This document shows positions 1 through 13,600 of a DNA stretch of 64,000 nucleotides, piece after piece. Positions within the stretch are counted from its first letter, which is position 1. Each line of letters opens with the position of its first letter. A program made the translations under genes and the position numbers. The stretch is from Lama glama (lineage: Eukaryota): contig CM052816.1 in assembly GCA_028534125.1 (NCBI GenBank), positions 23,872,001-23,936,000 on the forward strand, read 5' to 3'. The notes under the pieces were generated by a model. The model had not been told where the DNA came from. It did not search any database and worked only from the letters and a program-made list of their open reading frames with translations.

Positions 1-1669
1 TTCAAATACAGCAGCTAAAAGAATGGAGCTCCTTCCTATTTGGAGAGCTAAAATATTTGCAGTTGCTTTTTTCCTTTATCTAAATGATTCTGCTGAAATC
101 TGTGATGAGTACAAAACCAGTTTTGGAGGGAGAAATGATTTTTCTTTAAAGCAACCAGCATATGAGTAATCATTAGGAATTAGGTGTTCAAACACAAATA
201 TTCATTCTCTTATCCTCATACAGAAAAGTCATTAGAAACTGTTGGGAAGCCCTCTTCAGTTTTTCACAGTTGTGATCACTTACATTTTTTAAAATAAAAA
301 CACCATTTGTTCTGTGTGTAAATTACAGGCTGCTGTTTCTGTAGTGTACTTGGTCTGTTTTCTTCATGTCTTCTGCCTTTCAAGATGCTTTTGAGATGCA
401 TTAATTGTTGAAGTTAGAAATGAATCTCTACTATGAATTATTACGAGAGCTAGCACTTAAAATTTTAGATTTCTTTTTTGTTTGTTTTTGTTTCCCTAGG
501 TACTGAGGTGTGGGTTTTTATTTTCAAAAAAGTAAACTACTATTGTAACTAGTCTGTTGAAGAAGCAAGACTCACAGGCAGGGTATGAACAGGAGGCAAC
601 TGTATTTTGGTCTCTCCCATCCTTTTAAAATGTATCTTTAGATTTATTCAACAAGAGCAGTTTATCCGACAAGTAAGGACGAAAACTGTGGCCACCCTGT
701 GACCTTACTATTTTTAGATAGCAAAACAATTATATGACTACTTTAGATAATGAAAATAATCTGTAGTTGGAAATTAGAATGCCCAGGATCAGATAATAGT
801 TAACATTCTGAACTTAATTTGAATTTATGATTTCCCTCCCAAGCTCAGACCTTCTAAAGCAAGATATTTCTGACTCCACCAGGGTCAAAGTGCAGGAGGA
901 GATGTGAGGAGGAGGACACACTGATACTGTCCTAGGGTGGCTCCAAGACCTCTGGGCTTCACAGATGTTTAAAGCCAGCTTCTTCCTCGTGAGTGATTTC
1001 ATGAGTACTTCAAGGGCACTGGCCTGCCCTTCCTGAGATGCCAACACTAGTGGCCACTTGTAGTCTTTCTGCAGTCCACATCAGACAGACTCTAATGGTG
1101 TGTCCTCCCCCCTCCACATGCTTGTTTTAGAACCTCCTGTTAATGTGGTCCACATCCAGTCCATAGGACACTCCATCCTTTGCCCTGTGAGCCAAGTGCA
1201 TAGAGGTTGATCTCACCTCCCTCCCTGGATTCTACAGTTAGGAATAGCAGCCACTCTCCTTTGCCTGCTAGCTGTCCCTGACAGAGCTGGGCACAAAGCT
1301 CTTCAGTTGCTCCCTGCAGAGCTCTTCCCTCTCCACCAGGGGTGAGGATGGAAGTACATGCAGCTCGTAATCTGCCTCTTGCCAGGAAAAAAAAAAAAAT
1401 CCCCCTCAAAAACTCTTCTGTTAATTGTCACTCTCTAAATTGTACCCTCAGTATTGGGAAGGGTTTGAGGACTTGGCAACTCATTTTCCATCTCTGCTTC
1501 CTTCAGGTTGAAGTCTCAAAATTCATCGTGTTAAATGATATTTCGCACCATGGGATTTCAGCTTAGATTTCCTTTTTAACGTCTTGTTACATTGGCTTGA
1601 GAGCATTTCACCACCTTTATGAGCATTGCTTGACAGTTCTGTCAGGGGAAAGGGTATTTTTTTTCTTTA

Positions 1670-1850
1670 CCCTGGTTCTGCCGTTTACTAGCTCTGTGGC
1701 TTTCGGCAAGATACACTACCTCTCTGTGCCTCCTTTCTTCGTTAGTTGTTTCTGAGAACTAAATAAGTTAATACTAGATGTATCTGTGTAAAGCTTAAAT
1801 GGTGGCTGGCATGTAACACATACCCAATTAGTCAGCTATTACAATTATTA
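1670..1850 (+). mobile_element. MIR SINE fragment
   Basis: cctggttctgccgtttactagctctgtggctttcggcaag...ctctgtgcctc...gtaaagctta... resembles the MIR core; boundaries approximate. Confidence 0.7.
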
Positions 1851-2904
1851 TGGTTGTTAAGTCAGAATAGTGACATCACACCTAGAGCATAGTCTTAGAG
1901 TTGCTTGCTTTAAGCTATAGGGAAACGTATACTAAAGAAAGAAGAATAAAAGAAAGTTAGCATTTTGTGTCTATACATACTTTACCAACTACCTGAGAAA
2001 ACCCTTTAAAGTTCCAATTTTAAGAAAGAAAAGATACGGAGAAATTTGATAGCATATGGAAAAGGTACAGCTTCGCAGTCAGGTCCGCTTCCAATCAGAA
2101 CACGCACATGAGCACGTTCTGATGGTGCTGCTGGTCCCTCTGTCCCCCGTGAACCGTGGCTTGGCTACGCTGAAGAGATACGAGCCAGGGTTCCCGTCTG
2201 GGCTCTTTCAGAAGGGAAAAATTGACTTCATTAGAGGTAGAAGTGTGTACCTTAGGCTGTTTATCGGCTTGCTTTTAAAAATTGTGCCTGGCTTATGTTC
2301 TCAATGAGAAAACAGAAATAACTTGACCATTCTATGATGCCTTCTGAGGTAAGTGATGCCACCCTAAGAACTCACTAAACTCTTACTGGAAATCATGAAC
2401 TGTGTTGTTCCTGTGCGTGTTCGTCATCGTGCCGCGTCCTGCATTCCTGTGTAACTCGGGGCCGACTCTGCCAAACGCGGCCACGGCAGCCGCAGAAGGG
2501 GACAGCGCGTCCTGTGCACGGGGCGGGTGTGGTGGATCTCATAGCCTGCTTCCGTTTGAGCACACACACAGCTCATGGTTTAATGCAGCCATGCATCTCA
2601 TTGTTTTAATGAGAAACATCACCACATCAGAAGGCAGGAGGTAACTCGCTTTGCATAACAAGTAGATAAAAATTATTTCCAATAAGTTGTGAATAATTAT
2701 AGATATTTATAATAACAATTCTCTCTTTGATGGAATTACCATATCAAGACACTGCTTAAAAACGATACCACTTCTCTGCCTCTATGATGATCTGAGTGTT
2801 TTTGTACTTCACTGTTTACTGTCTCATAAAGTTGTAGCATGTTTTATGAGAATTTAGAATGAGGTAACTCGGCAGGATATGCTTCTTTCGGATGTAACAG
2901 GACA

Positions 2905-3142
2905 CGGTATAAAGAAGAAGAGCTTTGGAGGTCACATGAGCCTGAGTCTGAATCTCAGCTCAGGTAGTGGACAGTCTAGGCCGTTGGGCGTCCTGTGTAA
3001 TCCCTCCGAACCCCACATTCCTCATCTACAAAACGTGGGTAACGATCACTACCCTGTGGAGTTGTTGACCTGAGTGTTCAGTGAGATCATGTCTGTAAAG
3101 CACTAAGCACAACGCCACGGACACATAGTGGTAGTTATTATT
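2905..3142 (+). mobile_element. MIR SINE
   Basis: gagctttggagg...ctgaatctcagctc...cctcatctacaaaacgtggg...tgtaaagcactaagcaca; boundaries approximate. Confidence 0.75.
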
Positions 3143-3662
3143 TTTATAACTGGATTTATTGGGAGTCTGAGATTAAAACTTAGTGACAACAGTAAACTGG
3201 GAGTTATAAAGAAAGGCCTCCTCCTAACTCAGAAATTTGAAGTAAGACATTTCATGACCCAGCAGTGTCATCTCAAGGTGGTTTAACTGTATTGCACTTC
3301 ACAGTTCACAGATCTTCTGAAATAGAAATGTGATATTCTGAGTACAGTGTAGTCAGTGATGAGAGCTCCAGGTCTTGTTTATAATTGTGCAGGTGTACCT
3401 GGTTCAGCGACAGGCCTGTGAGGGTAAGTGGGACAATTGATGCTGGCGTAGCACATGAATGGATGCTGGTATGCGTTTATACTTTTCCTCTCTCAGTAAA
3501 CATTTGTTGATTTTTCAAACTCTGTAAGATGCTAAAGATACAAAGAAAAAGAAAAGGCAGAAGCTTCCCACCCAGGGGCCACTTAGGTTACAAAAGCCTT
3601 TCGTTTTGAAATCCCATCGTCTCTGGCACTATCTCAAACCACTGTTCCTCTGTCTCCTTTAG

Positions 3663-3815
3663 ATACTCACATGCGCAGTACATGCTATGGGGGAATCAAG
3701 AAAGGAGTATGTGTCCGTCCTTTCCCTGGCGCGGTGACCAAGTCTGAGTGCTGCTGTGCCAATCCAGACTATGGTTTTGGAGAGCCTTGCCAGCCATGCC
3801 CTGCTAAAAATTCAG
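3663..3815 (+). CDS. FBN2: FBN2 exon ~16, TB2 N-part ([51 protein letters not shown])
   Basis: tttag| ... |gtagtc; 153 nt; CCC triplet of 8-Cys TB domain. Confidence 0.95.
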
Positions 3816-5119
3816 GTAGTCACCTTTGCCATGTTCATACCTGATGAAGAGTCCTGAAATGTCACCTTAGGTGTTTGGCCAAAGAGTTCCTTGGCTGTGG
3901 AGTGTTTTGTCTTAATTTTTAACGGAATAAAAGAAATTGAAATCTGCGTTGGTATGTGAGTCACCTAGCAAGGACACCTGGCTTGTATGTGCTTAGGATT
4001 TCTAGGCAGAGAGAACACACGGTGAATAGGAAAGTTTATTTGCTGATTCAATTATGGTTGTTACAACAGATTCTTTACATGGATACGTTAGCATAAAGTC
4101 CTTGATCTCTGATGTCATGGTGAAGATAAATAGCATAAAATTTACTTCATCACTGTCAGGGTTGTAATAAGTTCATGAGAACCTGATTTTGTTTGTTTAT
4201 TTTTCCTCTTGACGCGGTCTGAGGACTTCCTCTGGTCTGAGGCTTTAGACTGTCAGAAGTTTCGGTCTATCAGGAATCTCTCAGTAGTTCCAGAGAGAAA
4301 TAAATTTCTTTATAAATGTTACCATAAATTATAGGCACATTAAAGTGTTTAATTCTTTGACTTCTATGACTTGTTTATTCATATGTTTATGAAAACTGAA
4401 TAAATTGAATATATATGTATGTATGGTAGGGATTCAAAAATAGGAACAATCTCTTTTTTTTTCCCCCTTGAAAGTTGGGAATAGTTGAAAATATAGATAG
4501 GCAAGCATATAAATTACAATTTAGTATGCCTTGTACCTTAAAAGGGACATAAACAAACTGGGAGACCCCAAAGGAAGGAGCAGTTAGTTGCCTGGGGAGG
4601 CTGGGAAAGCCTTCAATGAGGGGATGTGTTTACTTTGGTCTTGAAAAAAGTGGTAAGAACTTCCCACGTAGAGGGTGGAAAAATGCATTCCAGCAAAGGA
4701 AGTGGCTTGTAATTCTGTTAAAAATCCTACACGAAGTGTTCAAACTTGAGCAAAATGATTAGAGCTTCTGTGAAAGAATTGCTGAGTATGACATTTATCA
4801 AAAAGGAGTTAATGAAGAAAGTCTTGCCCTAAAAATGTATTTAAGTGACTTAGGCACACTGTGAAAGAAGTGGAAAAGTGGATAGTAGGACTAGATAAAA
4901 AGAGCCATGAACTAGTGAAACGAGTCTAGGACAGTTGTGAGTGTCAGCAGGAATGTAGGATACAATAAAGATAGCATTTAGATCAGTGAGGACAAGCTGA
5001 GCTAAGTATTTAATATTGTTGATAAATGTTGGAAAAAATAGGAAGTTGGCTGTGTTAAACATTACAAAGTAATTTTCTTATAGATTATATAAACTTTTTG
5101 TTATTTTGTTACAGTAAAG

Positions 5120-5680
5120 GACTCTCAAAAAAAGCACCAAAGACTAAAATACACATATAAACTGGAAAAATATTTCCCTTAATTTATAAGGAATTTACAT
5201 TAATCAATAAGGAAAACTGAAATTCTGTATAGAAAAAAAGTGCACTGTACACAAACGAAACTTCACAGAGCAGAAGTGCAAATGGTACAATTTCCATATA
5301 AAAAGATGTCCAATCTGTCTGAAATTAAAAGAAAATTCTAAAAAGGTGGGGGTTTTTTATTTGTTAGATTGGTAAAGGATAGATGGCTGATTTTTTTCCA
5401 GCATTGGGGAGGGTGTACAAAAATGGGTGCTCTCTTGCACTGCTTTTAGAAGGGTAACCTGGAACATTTAGGGAGGAGAGGAATATCAGATGCCTTAAAA
5501 GAGACATAAACTTTGAGCAGCTTTACTTCCAAGAGATTAACAGAGTGAGATAATTGAACTTTGTATTATTTATTATAATTGCTGAAAGTTGGATAAATCT
5601 AATTTCATCAATAAGAGGTTGATTGAATAAATGTGGTACATCCACATAACTGAGAAAAAACTATTAAAAAGTCCATTAAA
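5120..5680 (+). mobile_element. Old L1 (L1M-type) ORF2 3' remnant
   Basis: A-rich decayed sequence with L1 motifs (aaaagatgtccaat, gcactgct, aataaatgtggtacatccac); boundaries approximate. Confidence 0.55.
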
Positions 5681-5757
5681 TGGGATAGTCCAGGAAATGG
5701 GAAATGTTGTAGAGTGTGGAGGATCCACGCCTGCTCCCCTGCTTAGAGCGTCTCTGA

Positions 5758-5910
5758 TCTGAGCAAGTTCCTTCCTGTCTCTGTCCTAACTTTCTCAGGT
5801 GTAAAAGAGGGAAGATAAGTGTCAAGTTTATGGTATTGGGAGGATTAAATAAACTATTAGATATAAAATCCTGGAACAATACCAGGCACATGGTAAATGC
5901 CATTTATTAC
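5758..5910 (+). mobile_element. MIR SINE fragment
   Basis: gagcaagttc...tgtaaaagaggg...gaggattaaata...ccaggcacatggtaaatgc. Confidence 0.65.
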
Positions 5911-6255
5911 ATAAGTGTTTTCTGTTATTATTGAGAGGAAAAAAAAGTTAAAGAGCAATCTCCAAAATACAATTTAGATTTTTTAAAGTTCCCATATGTA
6001 GAAAATATTTCTAATGTTTATCAATATATTAACAACATTCAGGACAATAATCACAAATTATTATTTACTTTTTTACGCGTATTTGTGATTTTGGAATTCT
6101 TAACATAATTATGTGCTAGAAAATGGTGATTTTTTTTTTTCATTTCAAGTTACTGTAGGTAATTCTTCCTAATGATAATTTTGGAGTTATGTAAGTGACT
6201 TGTGTATGGAATAGATACAGGGTTTTTAATTTCTCTATTTGTTTTTATCTTATAG

Positions 6256-6309
6256 CTGAATTCCATGGTCTTTGTAGTAGTGGAGTAGGTATCACTGTGG
6301 ATGGAAGAG
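6256..6309 (+). CDS. FBN2: FBN2 exon ~17, TB2 C-part (AEFHGLCSSGVGITVDGR)
   Basis: tatag| ... |gtaact; 54 nt; in frame with flanking exons. Confidence 0.92.
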
Positions 6310-7903
6310 GTAACTCTATTTAATTCTCAGTCTTATAATAATTATACAATTGTATAACTTTATTATTGTAACATTTTGGATATGATTATATTTAATATAA
6401 AAATATGTCAGTGTAAAGTAATGAGATGAATTATCTCCTAGAACAGTGGTTATAAGCTAGATGATTATCAATTGGTATATAGATGCACATTTTCCCTGAA
6501 AGGTAAATATTTATCTGTTAAATAATCATTGTTAAAAATGTCACTAACAATCTACAACTGTGGTTTTATGGATGCCATTGCTTAAAAAGAAGCTAGAGTT
6601 GATTAAAAAAAAAAGCAAGTCAATTTAAATGAAAAATATTAAATAATAACACTTAACATGGTTTCAGCAAAAAACAGTCAGTGAAAGATATTTTATATGG
6701 AGCTTTAAGAGAGATTTTGAGATACACTGCCCTAAAAATAAATTGACTATTTATAGCCAAGAATACTAAAATGTTTCTATCCAACTAAAGAAGCACAATT
6801 CATTAAAGTTTTCTTATTTTAAATTTAGCCCTATGATTAACAAAATTCCAATATAGAACTTGGATATTTAGTACATATATGTTTATAATTTTAAGGTTCT
6901 TTTATATGTTAAAATAGATATATTGTCCTTTGTTGTTTTTTTTAAATAAAACTGTAGGGTGCTGTTAATCTTTAGTTTATGCGATATATTCTTCTACTTT
7001 CACATTTGAGGAGACTTTAGACAAATTATAGATTAGTGGACGGTAAATGTTGCATTTTGCAAAGAGTATCGGAAACCAGAGTAACAAAGCAAACTTTTAC
7101 AAAGATATTTCTCCCAAAAATAAGACGAAAGGCTGACATCTCTGGAGTATGTAAGGTTTTCCGAATTCTAGAAAATAGTAGTTAGGATTAAAATTTGAAC
7201 ATAGTGACTAAAATTTTATTTTTTTATTTTTTTATTCCTTCTCAATATGGCCTCCCCAGCAGAACCAGCTTCTTATGGGAATTAGCTGGTTGCGCATGCA
7301 AGAACAACATTCCTCAAATCCCACTGCCCATGGGTGACAGAGAGTGGTCATGTTCATGGCTTGTTGTAAAACGTGTTCTCAAGCATCCACATTTGAACTG
7401 TCCTCTCCATTAATTTCAGCTTATCAACAATGAGGAGCATTTATTAAGTGTCATATTACTTACTTGACTATAAAAAATGATAATAAAATAGACATATTCC
7501 ATGCTTTCAAGACCATAAAATTATATAGATACCCTAATAAATCTTTGTCTTTTAATTAGATAGTTATAATACCCATCAAGTTGAGTTTTCCTTTGGGCTT
7601 TGAGCCCAAAACACAGCCTATGAATTTCTTTATTAATTTCATCATAAATGCCAGCACATTTCATGGTTTAATTCTTTGATTTTCTGCCAGTTCCTTCATT
7701 TTTGTTTTGGCCTCCCAGGGAAGTGTCCCGTATCTCTCGATTTTATTCTCCTCATATTCATTTCCTCTTCCTTTCTGAACGGCAGGAAAATTAGGGGTTG
7801 GCAGAATGAAACGCTGCTTATTTTGAGTGATCTTTATTACACATACCTATATCAACAAACAGTAAAATGACTGTAAGCATTCAACTTTGCACATTTAATG
7901 CAG

Positions 7904-8029
7904 ATATCAATGAGTGTGCTTTGGATCCTGACATATGTGCCAATGGAATTTGTGAAAATTTACGCGGTAGCTATCGTTGTAATTGCAACAGTGGCTATGA
8001 ACCTGATGCCTCGGGAAGAAACTGTATTG
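7904..8029 (+). CDS. FBN2: FBN2 exon ~18, cbEGF7 ([15 protein letters not shown]...GRNCI)
   Basis: cag| ... |gtaagt; 126 nt; cbEGF consensus with 6 Cys. Confidence 0.96.
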
Positions 8030-9072
8030 GTAAGTTATTTGTTTTGTTTATACAAGAGCCTTTTGTGTAGTTCAGTCCCACAGATTACAGGAGAAATCAA
8101 ATTATAAATAAATGAGTAAAAGTAGAGATCTTACAGTTTCTCTTATTTCCTTCTTGGTACAGAGAAATATAAAAATGTTGGAATCAAACCGATGTTGTTA
8201 CACAGTAACAACCCTTATAATGGCACAGTTTAGTATTTAAATTATTGTTTTCCCAAATGAATGGACACATAGTCAGTTATTGGCCTGTTGTTTTTCAGCA
8301 TATGACTTAATCCTGTAATTTTTTACTAAGAAGTGGGCTTCAAAAATTAACGAGGCAGTATGGATAATAGTAAGTTAAGAAAATTAAATATTGCAGGTTG
8401 AGCTGTAAAGAAGCAACCAGTTGCTGCAACTTATCCAAACATAATAACTGAAATGGGTGTTTCTTTTTGTAATTTATAAGGGAATGTTTGAAAAAACTGA
8501 AGTATGTAGTTCATATATTCAAGAATTTGTGAAGAATCTAGATTTTCCCACAGAACACTTGAGTCCACTTTTACAAAATGAATGTTACTCTACCCATCAT
8601 AATATATAACAATTTTTACATCTGATCACTAATGACTTGTATCCAAGTCTTGATGATTGTGATTAGAAAGAAATACATTTTTCTATGTTTATGGTACTGG
8701 TTTTTATTACTGATATGTGTTATAGATCCATTTCATCATGGGCTGAAGATATACATACAGATGGATACACAAAGCTGTATTAAATACCATATACTTGTAA
8801 TAGGTTTGGATACCTACTGGGAAGGGCACCAGCCAGAGATTATTGAACATTTATAAAAATACGCAAGCCAGCTAACTTTTATTCACCAGAAGCAAAATCG
8901 CTTCCAGCATAGCTTCCAAGTGTAGCTGAGTGCAAGGGCATCCTACTGAAAACGGCGAGTGCTCACACACTAAACATGGTCCATGGAACTATTCAACTCT
9001 TTAAAGCAGATATATGCATAATATTGACAAAGTTAAAACTAGATTTTAAAAATAAAAATGAAGCCAAATTCC

Positions 9073-9560
9073 AGTTTTAGTTTGCTAGGGCTGCCATAAC
9101 AAGTACCAAAAAGTAGACTGCTTAAAACAACAGAAGTTCATTGTTACCGTGTGGGAAGTCAGAAGTGCAAAATTAAGGTGTCCACAAGGCCATGTGCTCT
9201 CTGATGGCTCTAGGGAAGAAGCTGTCCTGTCCTCTTCTAGCCTCTGGTGTTCGCCTGCAGTCTTTAGCCTTCCTAGGCTTTTAGATGGCACTCTAGCCAC
9301 ATGTTCGTCTTTCCCTGTATGCCTCATCTCACATCAGCTTCCCTCTGTGGGTCTGTCTCTATGTCAAAGTTTCCCCTCTTTATGTGGACACCAGTCACAT
9401 TGGTGTCCATAGCCATACTGGAATGTGACCTACCTTAATGGCCTCATTTTATCTTGCTTACATCTATAACAGTCCTATTTCCAAATAAGATACACATTCT
9501 GAGGTACTGGGGGTTAGGAATTCAGAATCTTTTTTTGAGGGAAACATTTCAACCCACAGC
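9073..9560 (-). mobile_element. MaLR solo LTR (MLT1 family)
   Basis: ttagtttgctagggctgccataacaagtacc...cttaaaacaacagaa... and ...ctgaggtactgggggttagga...caacccacagca are typical MLT1 termini in reverse orientation. Confidence 0.85.
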
Positions 9561-10009
9561 ATGGACTAATGGATAAATAAATTATGACTCAGCCACTTGA
9601 TATTATAGTGATGTTTAAAATATAATGTTAATTTTTAAAAATCAAGTCGCAGAATTAGAGCAAAAAGGTAACATCCACAGGAAAAAGCATCAAACAAAAA
9701 CATAGTATTTTCAGTTGTGATAGAATTATAGGAAATGTTTTTCCAACCTCTGATTTCCAAATTTTTATAGTGTACGTTGTGTGCATTGTTTGGTAAGGTA
9801 CAATTGGTATTTGTAAGAGTAAAAATACATCTTTAAGTCAAAGGAGCTCTTCGTGCCAAACTACAAGTTTTATTTCTTTCTGTCATTACACTTGCAAAAA
9901 TGAGAGTGCAGATACAAAGATAAAACTTAATGTGAGTCTTTTAAAACACAAGCTTTAGGTGATATTTTCTAGGCTATTCTAGACTGCAAAAGTAACATAT
10001 AAAATATGT

Positions 10010-10077
10010 CATTAATTTTCTATTAATAGTTAATTGTTTCTGACATTAATTTTCTATTAATAGCTAATTGTTTCTGA
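10010..10077. repeat. Tandem duplication, 2 x 34 bp, one mismatch
   Basis: cattaattttctattaatag(t/c)taattgtttctga twice. Confidence 0.9.
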
Positions 10078-10555
10078 GATTAAAAACAGTGGGAAAAGAT
10101 TAGTAAATACCTTTTATTTAACTGTCATTTAACACATTCTTATTAGAATTTTAATCAGAGAAAAAGCTTGATAACATCATCTGTTATTTTTATTATCTAT
10201 AAGCAAGTATATAGGCAAGTGAGTTTATCTTTTGATATACTTCATCGGTGCTTTAAAATATACCTAATACCACTAGGGGACAATAAGTGCACACAAAAAA
10301 AGTTTTAATGAATTTTCTCCAAAGCTTAGCGTACCTCCCAGGGACTTCAAACATCTTAAAAGTAGCCAGATTAAGCATGTTCTATTTGAATAAAACCAAA
10401 TATAGTTTGCTTAGGATCAAGGAATGTGTTGTGGGTGTGAGAAGGCTAAGTCAAGGCGTGGAGCGAGGAAAGAAACAAACAACAAAAACAAAACATCCTG
10501 GTCACTGTGCTCTCCATTTCAATATGTGTATCTCCTGTCTAATGGTTACTTGCAG

Positions 10556-10681
10556 ACATCGACGAGTGCCTGGTGAACAGACTGCTCTGTGACAACGGCT
10601 TGTGCCGAAACACGCCCGGGAGCTACAGCTGCACGTGCCCACCCGGATATGTGTTCAGGACTGAGACGGAGACATGTGAAG
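10556..10681 (+). CDS. FBN2: FBN2 exon ~19, cbEGF8 ([15 protein letters not shown]...TETCE)
   Basis: tgcag| ... |gtaaga; 126 nt. Confidence 0.96.
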
Positions 10682-13600
10682 GTAAGAGCTGTCTTCCTTA
10701 GCTGTGCGTGCGTGCTGAGCACCAAGGATGCATAAACGTCGAGTGCATTGATGACGCAGTGGAGGAAAAGAGTGTTGTTTGAATATGTTTTCAATTTTAT
10801 AATCTCTTTCAGCTAATCTGCCAGCTTTAGATATAGCGTGCACCTAACCCCGTGGACAGATACCACCACTTTGTACCATTGAGATAAAATATCAACAAAC
10901 ATTTTGAAGTTAATGGGGGAAAAAGTGAAAGGAACCAGTTGGTTTTACTTGCTGATAAAATGTCAGATGTTTGTTTGTTTTTCCCTCTTTCAATCCACTA
11001 TGACACATGAGCCTTGGGGAACCTGAATTGTAATGGCAAAGTCAGCTGTTAGGCATTTTATTTAGGAAATGATTGATAGACCTCAGAGGTTGGCCCAGAA
11101 AATACATGGGGCCTGAATAAAAATGGTCACCTTAATTGAATTTATAGCCCGAGAAAATTTTCCTTTCCATTTGATAATTTTAAGAGTTACAATTTGGCCT
11201 TATAGTTCATGAATCACGATTTAAAAACTTCCTCTTTGCTTTTAAGTACATTTTTCTAGAGTGGAAGTTACACAAATGAGCTAAATGCTTATTAAGAAAG
11301 GCCTCATTTTCAGTGTGATACCATCTAAGAAGTGAGTGCCTTCAGTTCTGTTTTTGTTTCTTGATCAAAGTACTGTATGACCACTAGCCACTGCTCCTTT
11401 TAAGTCTCACTGTGAGGGCCGACAGAAGTGTCCTATGACACTCTCAAATCCAGTAGCTACTTCCGAATAGTAGTTTTAAAAAAGAAAAGTTTTCGTCTTT
11501 ATTTGGAATAGCCCTTTCCTTAGCTGTTGAAGTATTTGCTTCCTAGTGACTCCATAGCCAAGAAAACTGCACTAGTAAAATTATGCAAAAAGATTTTAAC
11601 ATGCTCTCTTCATCTTACTGTTCAACTTCAAAGCATTCTTATGAACAGAAACAAGTTAGGACTCAAACAAGATGCTGAAACACAGATGATTCCACTGAAG
11701 TCAGTGAAAGGCAGTTACAAAGTGCAATTCTAAGTTTGGATTGAGTTGGAGGGACCACTGAAAAAAGTAATTCTCCTGAAGAAAAACAAAAAAGAGAAGA
11801 AAAAAGAAAACCCCAGCAAAAAATGCAGTTTTTCTAAACTTAGTTCTGGTAACTGTTCAGTTTTCCTACGGTCCAGCACCTTTTGCAGAAGCTCCTCGGA
11901 GAAGAGTGTGCGTTCCGCTCCAAGTCCTTGACGTCCATCTTCTCCAGTGATGAGCAGGAGGCACACTTAAGAATTTTGAATATTTTTCCGTAATATGTTT
12001 TTTAAACTAGCCCAGGCTCCTCAAATGTTTTCAGGTAGAATCTTTATTTTCTAGCACCCACTTCCACTGCCCGCCCTTCAACACCAATTATCCTTCAAAA
12101 TTGCACTGAGAAACATACTTTGTAAAAATAAAATTCTAGCTGCATTTACTCAGTAAGGTTTTTGAAAGGTGGGAGAAGGGATTTCAAGAGTTTTGTTTGT
12201 GGTCTTTTTTTCATTCCTGACTTTCTACACTTTCTTCTTCCCACTGGCCTTCTTCAGTTTTGTCTGTAGTCTGTTGGAGGATAAGCTTCTGTTAAGTGTT
12301 AGGAAACCCTGAAAGCAAGAATAGCTTAGGATAGAGTCTTGATTTAACTGGGAAGCTGGCTATTACTAGATCTGGTTTCTCTGACCACAGTGACAGTGTG
12401 TGTAGGTGCTGTTGTGAGGGAGACATATAGCAGGGAACAAAACGGATGGTGTCTTTGAGTCAGTTTGGTCCAAGTTTGGTTTGTATCCCAAATTGTCGGT
12501 ATTTATAGCATTTTAGCAAGTAAGATGAAGTTGAAGGGTGCTAAGAGCCAAAATACCAAACCATAAATAAAAGGGATTTGCCTACTTATGTGAAAAAATG
12601 AAGAGTAGAAGTTAATGGTGATTAATACTTTGATGTTGGATGATTACATAAATATTAAGGCATATTCATACCAAATTAGGCAACAGTGATGGTGAGAAAA
12701 AGTGCCCTTTACTTATTTTGTCCAAAGGATAATTGTTTCTGATAAATCCGAGTCTTTTCTTTAATATGAATATTTTATATCTGTCACACATAAGAAAGTT
12801 CGTGTTACGTCAATAAAAGAGAAATGATAGATATTTTGGTTCTAGCCTATGACACTGGTGGAAATAAAAGTGATTTATTGTGAGAAACCCAACCAAGTAA
12901 CTGTTACTTCCACACTTTCTTCCCTCTGTTAAGTTTTTGCATATTATTAAGTGTTTTGCAAAAAAGAAATGAACCTGAAGGCCCCAGATCTCTTTTTCCC
13001 TTGGGTCTCCTCCTCATTTCCCCCGTTGCACTCGCACAGTAAATTTGTCTGCCTGCAGCAGTTTTCTGCATGCTATTCTTTCTGAACTAATTTCCAAAGA
13101 CCAGGCAGGGAATTATTAGCAGATTCATCGCAGACTCCAGCTTTCTCTATATGTATTTGCTGTATTCACTAATTTTGCTTGGCATTCATGTTTCAACAGG
13201 CTCTTTTAAACATATAATAAATAGCAGTAATAATCAAGCTCTTCTGATATTTCAGACTGAAGTTACAAAAATTTATTTTACTTTTTTTTGTTTGTTTGAG
13301 CTCTTAGAGTCTGTGAAAGTTAACATTTTTACAGCAAGCACTGTGGTTTAGATTGTGTTTCCAGTGACATAACTAGTTAAATGTAAACCAGATGTGCTTT
13401 GAAGTTTATTTCCAGGAATGTACAGTGAACTGTTTCAATTCCTGGTTCCATGACATTTATAACATAAAAACATTGTGTTTAAAGAAAAATTGAACAGTTG
13501 ATATTTGTAGCTGTCATTACAAGTGTTTATAGGTTTTGAGTTCATAATTGCTTAATTTAAAATAGGGATTTTAAAAATATATGATATGGACATTTTTATT

